Positions 50,736 to 64,000 of a stretch of DNA of 64,000 nucleotides are shown one piece after another. A program made the position numbers and the translations under genes. This DNA comes from Lama guanicoe (taxonomy: Eukaryota): NCBI GenBank assembly GCA_013239625.1, contig MU054212.1:8003412-8067411 (forward strand), read 5' to 3'. The notes beneath the pieces were generated by a model. It was not told where the DNA came from and ran no database searches. It saw only the letters and a list, made by a program, of their open reading frames with translations. The stretch's first letter is position 1. Every line of letters starts with the position of its first letter.

Positions 50736-52296
50736 GAATGGAATTAACATGATCACATTTGAAGAATCTCTTTGCTGTTCCCAGTTTCTACATTCTTAAT
50801 GAAATCTTGAGGAACACTGAATGGAAATTCATGTTTGCTTTTGCTCTCAGGGCCTGAGGGGGGCTGTTGTAAAGCATAACAAATCCACAAGATGGGCTCT
50901 GATTTCCAACTCCACACCCCCCCCCCACTGGCCACCTCCCCTTCTTTGTTCCCATTTGGGGAGATCAGCCCACAAAGACAACAGTGACAATTTACATGTT
51001 GTGATAGACACAATAAATTGATAAAAAGCAAATTAAAATAGACAACATTCCCTTATTGACTCTTTAAAATGACTTTTTTTTTAGTGAAAAGGGTATACTA
51101 ATTTTTATTTTGGGGAGAGGAGTCCTTCTGTTGATTTTGGAATGTCATCTGCCTTAGTTATATTTCAGAAAAAGGTTTAAATTTTATAATGTATAGTTTT
51201 ATGTAAATTACAATTCATTTTAAATTTTATAATGTAATTGTTCCCTGATCTCTGACTGTGCAAAAATAAAGTCTTTTAAATGTCTATTCCATCTTATGGC
51301 AATTTATGTTTGTTTGACATTATCTATTGGTTGCTTTGAGAGTTAAATTTAAGGAGACAGCACATGTAAAGCACCTAGCAAGGTTTCTAAACATGATGGA
51401 AACTAATTCAGCTTCTGTCAGTTTTTTTCCCTTTTCCCTTGTGAAGTTTACAATCCTTGTTCATAAAATGGGGGTGATAGTTCTCAGAAAACTCATGGAG
51501 AAATCAATTTAACTTAAAAACAAATAGGAGGAAATCTATTCAACCTCATTAGGCATGGAAAGACTGGGAATTAAGACATTGTTATACCCAGGGGATTTAA
51601 TGATCCTATGAACAGTGAATTCTGAGACCCTCAAGCCAACTTTCCCACTCAACACGCAGAACCTTGGCAGATAAAAGATGAAAGAGCCGTCTCTGGGGAT
51701 TCAGACTTAGCCAAAAGAAAAGCCCTAAAAATACAGACGTGGAGCCACCTAGAGCATCCTACAGAAGAGCTCATATACTAAGACCACCACTCAGCTACTT
51801 AGACCTCTGTTCTTACAAATCAGCAGACAATCAAGTAGAAGCAGACACTTGAGAAAAGCCTTTAATAGGAGTGACAGAGACCAAAACAAAAAGAAAAAAA
51901 CAGCACCTCAGAAGCAAAACAGACTTCGCCTAAGAAATCAGATTACGTAATGCTAGCTGTTAAAACAAACCTGTATATAATAACGTCTTGTAAAAAGGAC
52001 GTTCCTGTTAAGGAAGCTGCTCTCCTCTAGACACTGATTTAGGGATCCAGGCTCCTCACATCTTTTGAAAATTTGTAATTTGTATTCTATTTTGTAGTGG
52101 GTTCCCCAAATTGTATAATGCCCATGCCAACAAAACCTGGAGCTATCATTGTTTATACCCAGAAAGGAAATGTTAAAAGAAAAACAAGATAATTATGAAT
52201 TTCCAAGTTGTGCAAGAAGAGGAAAAATACTCCTAGTATACCATGTAGCTCAGCTTTGACCCTCAGCTCCAAACAGCACGCACAAAATAATCGTGT

Positions 52297-52750
52297 TGTA
52301 ATCGAGTAGGACCCTGTGGGGCCTTCCTGGGACAGACCCTGTCCCCAGTATTCTCTGTCTTCTCTCTTCTCTGAAGTACCCAGATAATAGTATCTCATGC
52401 ATATTTCCTGAGTTTGTCAGGTGCTAAAAACCACCACCAAAGGGAAGAAATTAACTACTTGATGATCATGAGCACAAGTGGTCCCCAGACCATCTGGCGC
52501 CTAAGGATTGAGCACCATCAAGCCATCAGAGAATTGTGCACAGCTGATCACGTACCCTGGGACGCCCCTCCCTCACATGGCCTTTAAGGATGCTCAGCTG
52601 ACACCCTTCAGGGAGTTTGGGTCTTTTGAGCGTGAGCCACTCGTTCTCCATGCCTGGCCCTGCAGTAAACCTTTCTCTGCTCTAAACTCCAATGTTTAGA
52701 TTTGTTTGGCCTCACTGTGCATCAGGCACACAGACTTACGTTCGGTAACA
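52297..52750 (+). mobile_element. Solo ERV LTR
   Basis: Begins tgtaatcgagtaggaccc, has an AGTAAA poly(A)-like signal near 52664 and ends ttcggtaaca. Confidence 0.7.
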
Positions 52751-54751
52751 ACTTAAGTGTGGAATGTTGATTGACCAAAGTCACACATAACCATATTGAG
52801 AAGATAGCAGACGGGATGAGAGCATGGATGTGGCAAACCAGGAGAGCTAACTTCTCATCTTCCGTGATAGGGAGACCATAGACAATGCCTCCAACTTGAA
52901 AACAAGATACCAAATGAATAGGCTTACATTAAAATTAGTTGTTTCTGAGAAAGGAAATTTAGAAGAAGTGATTGTTTTTAGACTAAGCATAATTTTTATT
53001 TTTAAAAAGAAATATGGTAGAAGACTTCTAGGTGTTAACAGGAATTTTTTTCTTCCATCTGTATTTTCTGCATAATCTAAAATAGACATGGGTTACTTTT
53101 ATGATTGAAATTAGATAAAGTTTTAAAGTTGTTTTCCTGTGTCAAAAATAGTAAGAATTAAATGTGAAATACTTCAAAAGTAATTGGCATCTTTAATTAT
53201 TTAGCTGTTTTTAAGCAATGGAAAATTATTCTAATTATTTAGCTAGTTTTGACTTAAATAAACAGGAGATGAATTTTCACAAGGGCAAATTACTCTTCCG
53301 ATTGATGTAAATGTGCATCTGTTTGATCCTTTTGGGAAAAAAAATACCGGAAGTGGCCCTCCCTCCACTCATTTTCTTAACTCTGTTGGGTTTTGTTTTT
53401 TGTTTTTTGTTTTTTCCTTTAACAACAAGTTAAATGTTTCTCTATTGCAAGTTTTAGGGTTAATGTAAGGCAAACTTGACCGTTAGCACATCACTTAGCA
53501 GGTCCTACCTTAGCTATGTGTGTCACGCTCCGCTCCTTCCAATACCATTTCAGGTCATTTGTTTTGCCTCACTGGCCACAAATTGATAACTGTCTCAAAG
53601 TCAAAAATCCATAACCCTCTCCTCTCTCCTCTTCCTCTTCTTTCTGCTTTCTGCTTTCTTTTCTCCCCCCAGTTCCAAATATTGAGGAAAAAATAAATAA
53701 CATCTGTGTAATCCTTTACAACTTTCAAAAAACTTGTTTTATTTACATTTAATCCTCACAACACCCATCTGAGGAGCGCTTAGTCATCCAGGAGTATAAC
53801 CTAGGAGCTGCCTTTGTTGTGAAAAAAATCTGCAGCAAGGCTGAGATGGGAAGAGTCAGAGGGAAAACACAAGAAATTTCCCACTCAGGAGAAGGTGGTG
53901 TGTTTCTCAGAGGGGTTTCAGACAGTAGGCTTCTCCCTCTCTCCAGGTGTCTGAAGATGTCAGCTCACCCCTACTAGATCTGGCATCAGCCAAGATGAAG
54001 ATTCATTCAAGGAGCTGTGCTCAGCTTCTTGGCTTGGGTTTAATTCCTACTGCTGTCTTCTGGTTGCCCTAGAAACACATGTGAAACTTTGCAATTTTTT
54101 TGTCCTAAACGTTATCTGAGCTGGTAAAGGAATCAAGAAGAACCGGGAGGTGCTGCAAAGGTGAAAAGAGATGTTCATTATCAATTTTTTCCCTAAGACA
54201 TCAGATCCTGAAGCAAGACTGTGATAGACACCAAGAACCACCCACTGCTCAAAACATTCCCCTAAGACTTCACTGGCATAAGTCAGGAGAAATGGGGCAG
54301 ATCTGGTTGTCAAATATTGGAGAAGCTCAGGGCAAGAACTTTTTCCCTGGTTCATAGGCAATTTGGGAATAATAGTCCTCTGAAAAATAAAATCCTTAAT
54401 AGTCTTTTTTTTTAAATGCTGCCTCGGAGGGGTATGAGAAAAGAGAAATAGTTCCCTTCTGTTGCAGAGATCCAAGAAGCCTCTTTGATGTAAAGGGATT
54501 CCAATATTTTAACAGGATAATAGGGAGAGTATAATTTTACCAGAAAAACTGAAGCAAGTCTAAGAAAAGATACTGAAAACTGCTGGTAAAACGTAACTTA
54601 GCTTCCTAGTTCTCAGCGTCCACTGCAAACAAACATGCTTATTCAACGGCCAAGACATGTTTTTTTCCAGCCATTGTGGAGGTCTCTGAATTATGAACAT
54701 TGAGTGGTGTACGGAATGGTCTTCAATTTTTTTTTCCTAAAAAAGCACAGT

Positions 54752-57528
54752 CAGGTTGTGGAGAAAAGGGAACCCTCACACACTATTGGTGGGAACATAA
54801 ATTGATGTAGCCACTGTGGAGAACTATATAGAGGCTTCCCCAAAAAACTAAAAATAGAACTACCATTTGACCTGGCAAGTCCCCTCCTGAGTATGTTTCC
54901 AAAAAAAGATACAGGCACACAATGTTCATAGCAGCATTATTTACAATTGCCAAGACTTGGAAGCAACCTAAGTTTCCATCAACAGATGAATAGATAAAGA
55001 AGATGTGGTATATACATACAATGAAATACTACTGAGCTATAAAAAAAAGAACAAAATTTTGCCATTTGCAGCAACAAGGATGGACTTGGAGGGCATTATG
55101 CTAAGTGAAATAAGTCAGAGGAAGAAAAATACTGTACAATATTGTAATAGGAAAGAACTAATCTGATTCCATATTGGATCTGTTTCTTTTGCTTTGACCT
55201 TTGTGTTCTGTTGCTTTTCAAGAAGTTAATCACTCACGCTACCTTTGAGCTTAAATGATACATAACGGCACCATCTCTGGGAACCCTACCTCCCAGGTAA
55301 CGGGTGCTAAGCTGAAATACCTTTGTTTAGCTCATAGGAAACAGGAGGAGGGCCATCCTGGCCGGGCCCACCCGTGATTGGCTACAGGAAGGAAGAAAGG
55401 AGCAAATCCCTTCCTGAGGCTGACGGGCACCAGGAAATGTTTGACTTTACTCCTGCCCCTTTTAATATAAAAGAAGCTTGAATTCTATCTCGGGCAAGCC
55501 GGTTCTTTGAGACACGAGGCCCCCATCTTTTCAGTCTGCTGGCTTTCTGAATAAACTTGTTACTCCTTGCCCCAGCAACTTTTCTTTCGATTTATTGGCC
55601 TGTCATGCAGCAAGCAGTACAAGCTTGGGCTCGGTAGCAAATCTGGAGGGAGCTCGTGACCAGCTGGCCCTGGCTGGGGAGTTTTCAGGTGAGACTCTGG
55701 CAGCTGCCAGGACCGCTCGTCCTGAGGATCGTCCCCTCAGAGTTCCCCGAGGGGGCACCGGCTGCTCCGGCGCTCGGCAGCGGGAGCAAGGACTCGACAT
55801 CCGGGAGCCTGCGGGTAAGTCGCTCCGGAGTGTACAGCCGGAAACTTTATTTCTTCTCCGTTAGGTTTTTCTTCCTCCGGAATAAGCCAGTTTGTTTTGC
55901 ATTTAAGTGAGGTACCCTGTTGGAGAGAGGAAATAGTTGCTGGATTCCTGCTAGATTTGTAAACCGATTTGTTTCTTTGGATGCTAGCATCTGTGTGCGC
56001 CATTTGTGTTTCTTGTATTTCTGCCTTTAAAGGATGGGGAATGTTTCCAGTATTCATAAAGAAAGTCCTCCGAGGCGCAGTTTGGGTGAGTGATCTGGCC
56101 ACAGCTATGAACCTGTGACTGAGAGGAAGATGACACTTTATTGTAACAACGTGTGGCCACAGCACCTGTCAGGATCTCCGCACGGGGTACTGCCACCTTG
56201 CTGTGTTACGTCACTCGTGGTCTCCTGTGTTGTTAGTATATGTAAAACCCCAAGACCAAACTGCAGGATTTATGTAGGATTTTCTGTTTGTCCTTGGGGT
56301 TTTTCATTCCATTTTGTTTGGTACTGTTTCTCCATTTACAGCCAAACTAGTTTTGTGATTTTTGAAATTTTTACTGATGTCAAATGGAGGAAAGCAACAG
56401 AAGGAAAAAAACCTGTCTGTTCTTGTTTGAGAGTGGGACATTGGTGTGTGAACCCTTAGACTCAAAAGACTTCAGGTGGCTTCTTATAAAAAGGGATAAG
56501 TATTGAGATTATAATTTCATTGAAGCTGGAGGAGGATCAATCTATTTGCTCAATCTTGTCCAAATAGCAAAGGAATCTAGTGTAACTGTAGCACAGTCAG
56601 AAAGGTAAAACTGATAGATTTGTATAGAAATACATATTGGGAGCTGGAACCACTTCCCCAAGTTCAACAAACTGAGGGGTTTCATCAGGTTCAAACAGCT
56701 GTAAAAGAAGGAAAGAGGATTGTACCACTTGCTAACGATTCTAAGGAATGTTCCCTTCCACAATCACCCTCTCATGGCCCCCGTTCAGCAGGAAGCAGCC
56801 AGAGCAGTCATCACCCCTTCTCCCCACAAGACAGGGGAACGGACCCTGACAGTGGGGAGTTGTAACAGGAAAGACCAAATCTGACTCCGTATTGGACCTG
56901 TTTCTTTCGCTTTGACCTTTGTGTTCTGTTGCTTTTGCTGCAAGTTAATCACTAAAGGGATGCTGCCTAAAGCTTGAATTATAACGGCCCATCTCTGGGA
57001 ACCCTGCCACCCAGGTAACGAGCATTAGGCTAAAATACTTCTGTGTAGCTCGCAGGAAACATCCCAACCAGGTCCCTCTGCGAATGACCGCAGGAAGGAA
57101 GAAATTAACACGTCCCCTCCAGAGGCTGATAGGAACTTTTGGTATAAAGGAAGGCTGAACTCTAACTCAGGCAAGATGGTTTGGGGGACACTGGTCCATC
57201 ATCCTCTCAATCTGCTGGTTTTCTGAACAGAGTCGTTACTCCATGCCCCAGCGACTCGTCTCTCGATGTATTGGCCTGTCATGCAGTGAGCAGTACAAGC
57301 TTGGACTGGGTCCCAATATCACTTACAAGTGGAATCTAAAAAATACAACAAACTAGTGAATATGACAAAGAGACGCAGACTCAGAAAAATCTAGCCATTA
57401 CCAGTGTTGCGGGATACAAACTATCGGGTGTAAAATAGGCTACAAGGATGTCATTGTAGAACATGGGGAGAATGGCCAATATTTTTGTAATAACTGTCAA
57501 TGGAGGGTAACCTTTAAAAATTAAAAAA
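54752..57528 (+). mobile_element. L1 3' fragment (end of ORF2 and 3' UTR) split by an ERV at 55143-57315
   Basis: gtggagaaaagggaaccctc…gcattatgctaagtgaaataagtcag…actgtacaatat, resuming as cacttacaagtggaatctaaaaaa. Confidence 0.88.
55143..57315 (+). mobile_element. Two-LTR non-autonomous ERV1-type provirus
   Basis: 5' LTR 55143-55639 and 3' LTR 56861-57315 are clearly homologous. PPT agtggggag lies just before the 3' LTR. 4-bp TSD atat at 55139-55142 and 57316-57319. Confidence 0.9.
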
Positions 57529-60500
57529 TGCACAAAGTTGTTTTTCATACGACTACTCGCTGAGCCTGGTGCTACATTGCAAATCTGTGAGGGTGAGTAG
57601 AGTAAGCGGAACAGAACTTACCCCAAGACTATATAGCCTTGTCCTGGCCTGATGAAGGGGGAAGCTTTGTGAGTAATTACTGGTTAGTTACTTGTCTTAC
57701 CAGACTCTGTGCTGGTGGTGAGAAGAGCGTGCCCTTATTTAGAACATCACCAAACCCAATGCCTGCTACAAAGTGGCTGAGCAACACATACAGAGGAAAT
57801 TTAAAAATAAAAGAAGGCACTTAAAGAAAACACATCATTCCTCAGGCTGCTCTTCTAAATACCGACAGTCACAGCCAGGATATTTAAGGGAAGCTTTGGA
57901 AGAGATGGAAGTGTATCTGGAATAGACTGGTAAACACTAGAAGTAGGAGGTTGAGGGGGCCACCCTCTTGCTCCAAAGCTGCGTGGAAGGGATCCTTGCT
58001 TGTTCCAAGAAGTGAAGATGCTGATTTGTTTTCTGCACCTCCAGGTTGCAAAAAGACCTGAGAACGGGGCCAGAACTCCTCCCAGAAAGTGATTCAGCAG
58101 TTCGCCCAAGACTGACCCAGTTTTAGCAGGCAAAGCCCAGATTCCTGAGAAATACCTCAGTCCCAGTCAAATCAGAGCAACTTATCTCCCAAGCAAGCAA
58201 GTAAGGAGACGCTCGGGCATTCAGGCAGGAATACGGGTGAGTTCTGCACCATCAAGCAAGTAAGCTGTTATCCTACAGTGGGACATTTGGAGAACAGAGA
58301 ATGCTTATTCTCCCATGAGTATCTTTTTCATCAGAAGTTTAACTTTTAGCAGGACTACGTTCTGATGTCCTGCCAGGATGATATTAGCTGCAGAATTCAC
58401 TAAAATGAGAACACCTGTGGGTTCACTTTGGCGTTTCTAAAAGGAGATAACCTATGGCTAAGAACTGTTGAAACATCTAAATGCCGAAGAGCCTGCAAGA
58501 ATCAAGTTGAAATTTGGCATAATTGATCATGAGTGTTGTTTTTTGTTTTTGTTTTGGTTTTTTATTTTAAGACAGTGATTGACTAGGAGCCTCAAGAATA
58601 AGTTGATTCTACCTCAGAAATTTTGACCGGGTCATTCACTTGCCCTCCCATTTCTTTGAAGAGAGGACATTTTTCACCTCATCTAAGAGCAGAATCAAAT
58701 TCTTTAGACATGAGTTCAGAGAGAGGGGGCTAAGGCTCAGCCCTGTTTTTGCCTCTCTCCCCTGTAATCTCAGTGGGGTGTTGGAACAGACTCTGGAATT
58801 GAGCATATAACCTTGGACTCTATAGAGGGAACAGACAATATGCCTCTTAAGAGATTTTTTTTTCCATTTATTGAATCAGATACATGCTATAAAAGCTTGT
58901 GTTCTCAATTTTAAAAGTACCACCTCTGTATTTCTGGAATAGCTACTAACATACAGTAGGATTTATATATGACATTACAGAATGCCCCATCCTGCCATTT
59001 CTGGAGGAAACTTATTCTAACACACTTTTCTTTTTAATTCTCTAAATGACTGAAGGTTTAGAGTACGTAATGAACAAATTCTGATGACAGAGAAATGCTC
59101 TGTAGAACACACTACAAATTGTATAAGAGGTCCCCAAGACTTCCTGGGTGAGATGCTTCCGCTGTTGGCCCCAGTTCACCTCTGACAGAACTCATTCTTA
59201 TCAGTAGTTGATTACTTACTCAGTTCAAGACTAACTGCCAATGTAGAAGTTTTTGGCTGTAGACTTAAGCAAGTATAAATCAGTCTTACGTCAGTTTTAC
59301 TCAGCTTTCTGTTCCAAATAGCATGTATTCCTTGAATGCAAAAAATATATGAAAGAAAAATCGTTTTTGATAATCAGCGGCAATATTCTTCAGATCCATA
59401 GTCAATACACACCCATTCATTATAGCATCCAAAGGCCAACATGGGTGGGACCCACAGTTTCCCTAGTTTATAAGTCATCAACAGACTTGGCCCTTCCAGA
59501 GTTTTATGTTTTAATTCCACTCTTTTTGGCTGAAAAGGATAATTTACAAATATAAGGAGGAGGGCTTGAAGTTTATATTTGGATGTTAGACTGGCGATTA
59601 GGAAATATTACCAAGATTTATAAATTACCCACAGCCTGACATGGGAACTATTGCACTGGGGAAGGGGGAGGAAGATCTGACAACTGCCCCCCTGGCTGTA
59701 AGTGGATGAGAAAGCCTGAATTAAAACATGAGAAGTGCTGGGAGAGAGGAAAAATGTGTTTGGAATAATCATGTTTATTCTCTCTGAAAATGTACATCCC
59801 TTGTGAAATATTCGTAACCATAACCTAAATCCTTGTGTTTCCCACGAATCAGCATTTACTGAACAAATGTAAAAGCATAAATGATTACCATTCCCCCTCT
59901 AGGAACATCTGCTTCCAAGGGAATTTTGGCAGAGTTTACAAGTGATGTCAGACTGCCAGGCACAGAGATTACAATCTGGTTCATTCTTGCCCTGGTCTTC
60001 CTACCTCCAGGGAGCCTGGTCTAAATCCACGAAAGCCAGAGTTTGAAATGGATTACTGTACATTCTCACTGGAAAACAAACAAAAGGTTGGAAGCAGGAA
60101 ATACTCAGAACTAGGGTTTAACTGAGTCTCTTAAATATTTATATTCAACATCCCACAAAATGTCCATTTGTAAGTTTGGAAAAAAATTCCGAAGAGAAGT
60201 ATTTCCAGTCTTGTTGTTTACCATCAACAAATATTTATTGAATAACTAACTCTTTTGAGATGTGAGAAGCCACCAGTCTCTTCGTGGCCCAAAGCAGGTC
60301 CACAGTATTCACAGAAGAGTTACATCTCAGACTCCTAGTTGGCTAAATGGGATTTCATCAGATCCTATAGTTACTCTCTGTTCACCAGCTTTCACTGAAT
60401 CTTTGGAAATTTGGTTAAGAACATTTTGAGTGAGCTACCTGGGCCAGGAAATCCAACAACCACTTTTGAATAAGATGTGTCGTCACTGTGAGCATTTTTA

Positions 60501-62628
60501 GTATGGATGGAGTGGAGGTACACTACAAGACACTAGCTTTAGGAAATGTAACTCCTTTGACGTTAAGGTTTGATGGATAAGAGACTTTATCCTAAGTTAA
60601 CTGAAAACAGAATTAAGCCAAAGGCTTCACTGAAGTCAAGTGAAAATAAGTTTTAATGGCCAAAAACAAAGAGGGTAGAGGGAGAAGACAGGGTGCAATG
60701 AGCCTTCTGTCATGGCGCAGACCTGCAGGAAAAAATAATGACTCGTCCCAGCATTTGTTCTTTTCCCAGGTCAGAAATGGGTGAGTCGAAGAACCGGGAT
60801 CTACCCTTAGAGATTTTTCCACGGGATGACATGTCATCACTTTATGGTATTGCAACTGTTGAATCGTAATGTTTTGGCTAGCTGTCAACATTTCATGAAG
60901 TCAGATGATGTACTGAAAAATCATGCGGCTCTGGGAAACAAGAGACCTGGCTTACTTGACCCTAGGCAGATCACGGACCTTCTCATTCCCCACCAACTCA
61001 CTGAGAGGATGGACGGACACCTATTTTCACTTCTTTACTGATTTACTATGTGATCAAATAAAGTAATATCATGAACTATAAATATAGCCATATAGTAATT
61101 TACGGTAATACAAATAAAACACATCATGAAAAGATGCAGTTCACCATCAGACGACCAGTTATTGCTATCACACACACATCAGTTCTAGTGGTTTATTTTA
61201 GTTTATTTTTACATTCAGAGAACTTTCTCTGATCAATTCTTTGCCACTCCTGAGAAGTCAAGGGCATTGGTTCATTTCAGCAAATGATGATATTCTTCAA
61301 CTGATGACCATAGAAAAACGAGTCGGCTCTGCAGACACCAATTAACACATGGTGACCCTTGCCTGTTGCCAAGTTACCAGCCTCACCCCATCACCCTCCC
61401 TTTCAGCTCTCCTTCAATCAGGCCATGAGGGTAGAGGTTACATAATTGCAGCAGTTTCCTCTAACTTTCAAGATTAGGTTAGCTTGATTTCCCATAAACA
61501 GGGGGGCCCCATGTAACCGTTAACCAAGAAAGTAAAGTTAACTGCACAAGGATTCCACGCTCCCTCCTCCTGCAATTTCACAGGAACTGCCCAACAAGAG
61601 CCACAAAAAAGGAGAGAGCCCAGGAAAATCTGACCCAATGGCGAAGGAATGTTGTCCCCCTCTTCCGAGTAAATACAAATGTGTATCTGGTTATGAGAGG
61701 GCGGCCCAGGGCAGTGAGCAGGCTCTGGTGTTAGAGCGCCTGCTGACCTGTCACTCACCAGCCCCCAAGTTTCAACAGGATCCCAAAGGACATATGAGTA
61801 GAAATGATAGAGGGGTTTTTGTTTTTGTTTTTTGGAAGAGTCAGATAGGGAAAGCTGGCTCTCAGTCCGTGGCCATAGGCCTGCCTTTAAGTATAAACAG
61901 CGCCGAGAGCCGAGGAGGATGGCCATGCTTGAATGCCAAATAAACACAAAATGACAAGCACAGATTTTTGGCTGTATATGAAAGCTTGGTTTTTCAACCA
62001 CCCTTTTGGTTGCCTCTGAAGACAATGGTGTCAGTGTTTCTGAGCCAGATCCCTGGACTCGGAGCAGAGCCTGCCTGGCCGCACCCGGACCCACGACCCA
62101 GCTCACCCCGCAGGCAGGGCTGGTGTCCCCTTGGGGTTTGAGAGCCAGCCATCCCTCCCCTCCTGGCCCAGTGCTGCCCAAGTATTTGTTTATTGAAACG
62201 AAAGAGGCATGCTATATGAAACTCGGAATTTGCAGACGGAGCCCCTGGGTGGTTTGATGAGGGGTGTGCTCAGTGATTCCTACTTGTTTGGGAAGCAGAA
62301 GCTTCCTCATGAGCCCTGCAAGGCACTCGGCTGGAGGGAGGGGAGGAATTACCCACTTCATTAGTTCATGGTTAGTTTAACTTTTTTTTAATTGACGTCT
62401 ATCATTTTGGCTTTATGTCACTTAGGGGTAGAAGTAACTGACAAGATGGAACCAGTGGGCTTTTTACTCTCCTTCCCATCCAGCAGTTAAAACCGCCCTC
62501 AAATTCTCTTCCATGGCTGAGTAAATGTCTCGATTATTTACACGGGGAAGTATCTCAGCGCAGACCTAGGAGCCACCCGAATAAGCAGCTGTCTGACCAT
62601 GTGTCGCACCTCCTCCCCAGACACTGTC

Positions 62629-62895
62629 TTTTTTTAAAAACTGAAGTATAGTTGATTTAAAAATGTGAGTTTCTGGTGTATAGCATAGTGATTCAGTTAT
62701 ATATATTCTTTTTATATTCTTTATATATATTCTTTTATATTTTTCATTCTAGGTTATGAAAAGCTATTGAGTGTAGTTCCTTGTGCTGTAGAGTGACTGG
62801 GACACTGTGCTGTACACCAGAAATGGACACATTGTAACTGACTGTACCTCAGTTAAAAAATAATAAATAAATAAATTAGAAATTAAAAATAATAA
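62629..62895. mobile_element. Two L1 3'-end fragments in opposite orientation
   Basis: Minus copy at about 62629-62795 (starts with poly-T). Plus copy at about 62795-62895 (tgctgtacaccagaaatggacacattgtaactgac and an A tail). Confidence 0.75.
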
Positions 62896-63919
62896 AGTAT
62901 AGGAAACAATAATGCATCCACTTCTCAAGTCTGTTGTGAAGGATAGCTAATAAAAATTAACATGACACTTAGCAACCATGTTGTGCGAAGCCATTTGACA
63001 GACATCTATAGCTCATTTCAATGGAACATATTTGTCCTTCTCATATGAATCTATTTCCAACTGAAATTTCACTAGCTCTAAGACAGCCAAATGCATTCTA
63101 AAGAAGACATTCTTTATATTTCTGCCACTTCTTTTGGCATTTGTGGTGGAATCATAATAACGCATTTTACAAATGCAAAAAATTCTATGCATCAAAATTA
63201 CACTGAAAAAAATTTTTTTAAAAACAGCATTCTGCATAACTAAAACTCAGTTTCACCACATCTTTAAATGAAGGATATCGTTAGGGAGGTCATTTGCTAT
63301 CGGAAATTCTTAAAATCTATACATTAAGTCCATGAAAACAAAGAGAGAAAATAGAAGCTGATGTTATTAAAAGATATGCATTCTCTGCCTATGCAAACCA
63401 ATACTAAACTCTCTATCTGCTGGAATTGAAGGAAAGTTGTAGTTTCTACATGAATCCAAGGAACTGTGGACCGGAAGCTTCTTCGACAGCCAAATTCTTC
63501 TTCTGTGTACATTTTTAAAGTACTCTACTGTTCCCCAGACAGTGTTTTCTGAACAAAAGAAACCAGCAGGCCCCAAAACCACAGCCATGAGCTAGGATTC
63601 CTCAGATGTCATTGTGTTCCAAAGCCTGAGCCCAGGCAAGTGGTTACTTGTCGATAAACTTCACATTGTACAAAACCCCAGTTTTCAAAACAAAATATCA
63701 GGAGAGGCTGAGAGAAGAAAAACAAAATCTGAATGTTGGCTAGACTTGTCACCCTTGGTGATAAAAGTTTAATACATACTTGTGCTGAAAAACTTTAATC
63801 AGTCAACAAAATTGTCCTTAGGCGTGGCATATAATTCACAGGGCGGGGTGGCCAGTCACAACTCAAGCCCTGATGTCAACAATCAGAAGAAAGAAGAAAC
63901 TGATGAAACCAAAATTTTC

Positions 63920-64000
63920 TTTTTTTTTAACATTTTTTTTATTGAGTTACAGTCATTTTACAATGTTGTCTCAAATTCCAATGTAGAGCACAATTTTTCA
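63920..64000 (-). mobile_element. L1 3' end, running off the window
   Basis: Poly-T, then attgagttacagtcattttacaatgttgtctcaaattcc. Confidence 0.75.

Noticed and set aside
55595..56865. ORFs inside the ERV as gag/pol/env genes
   Set aside because: They are short and lack retroviral protein motifs; at most there is a decayed env-end remnant near the PPT.
61474..62181. 235-aa minus-strand ORF, the longest in the track
   Set aside because: It has a non-ATG start, no recognisable domain and no supporting exon structure. It is consistent with a chance ORF in moderately GC-rich intergenic DNA.
1..64000. Prokaryotic-type systems (CRISPR arrays, operons, defence loci)
   Set aside because: The sequence is clearly mammalian intron/exon and repeat DNA, and I saw no regularly spaced repeat-spacer array.

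Overview
Mammalian genomic DNA, probably camelid: it carries many copies of a tRNA-derived SINE resembling the camelid Vic-1 family. The window holds the 3' part of DTNA (alpha-dystrobrevin) on the + strand, from 1 to about 48495. I traced the coding exons by hand; all have AG/GT boundaries and consistent phases. They comprise the two vr3 exons (syntrophin-binding region), the coiled-coil exons, the composite EEELKQG/VSYVPYCRS exon that ends alpha-DB2, the Tyr-containing alpha-DB1 tail and the 49-nt VSLQG* exon. A long 3' terminal exon follows. The main finding is that the phase-0 donor after ...DEAYQ (39646) has two further in-frame acceptors inside the apparent 3' UTR. The one at 44822 would add a 77-aa acidic/Pro-rich tail. 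The one at 47404 has a near-ideal branch point and pyrimidine tract and would add 46 aa ending in a ~25-aa hydrophobic segment, i.e. a candidate tail-anchored membrane form of a normally peripheral scaffold protein. The rest is introns and downstream intergenic DNA with SINEs, L1/L2 fragments, MER5A/Tigger-type DNA elements and LTRs. Among these are a two-LTR non-coding ERV nested in an L1 and a probable L1 3' transduction. Repeat family names come from pattern recognition, not from a search.
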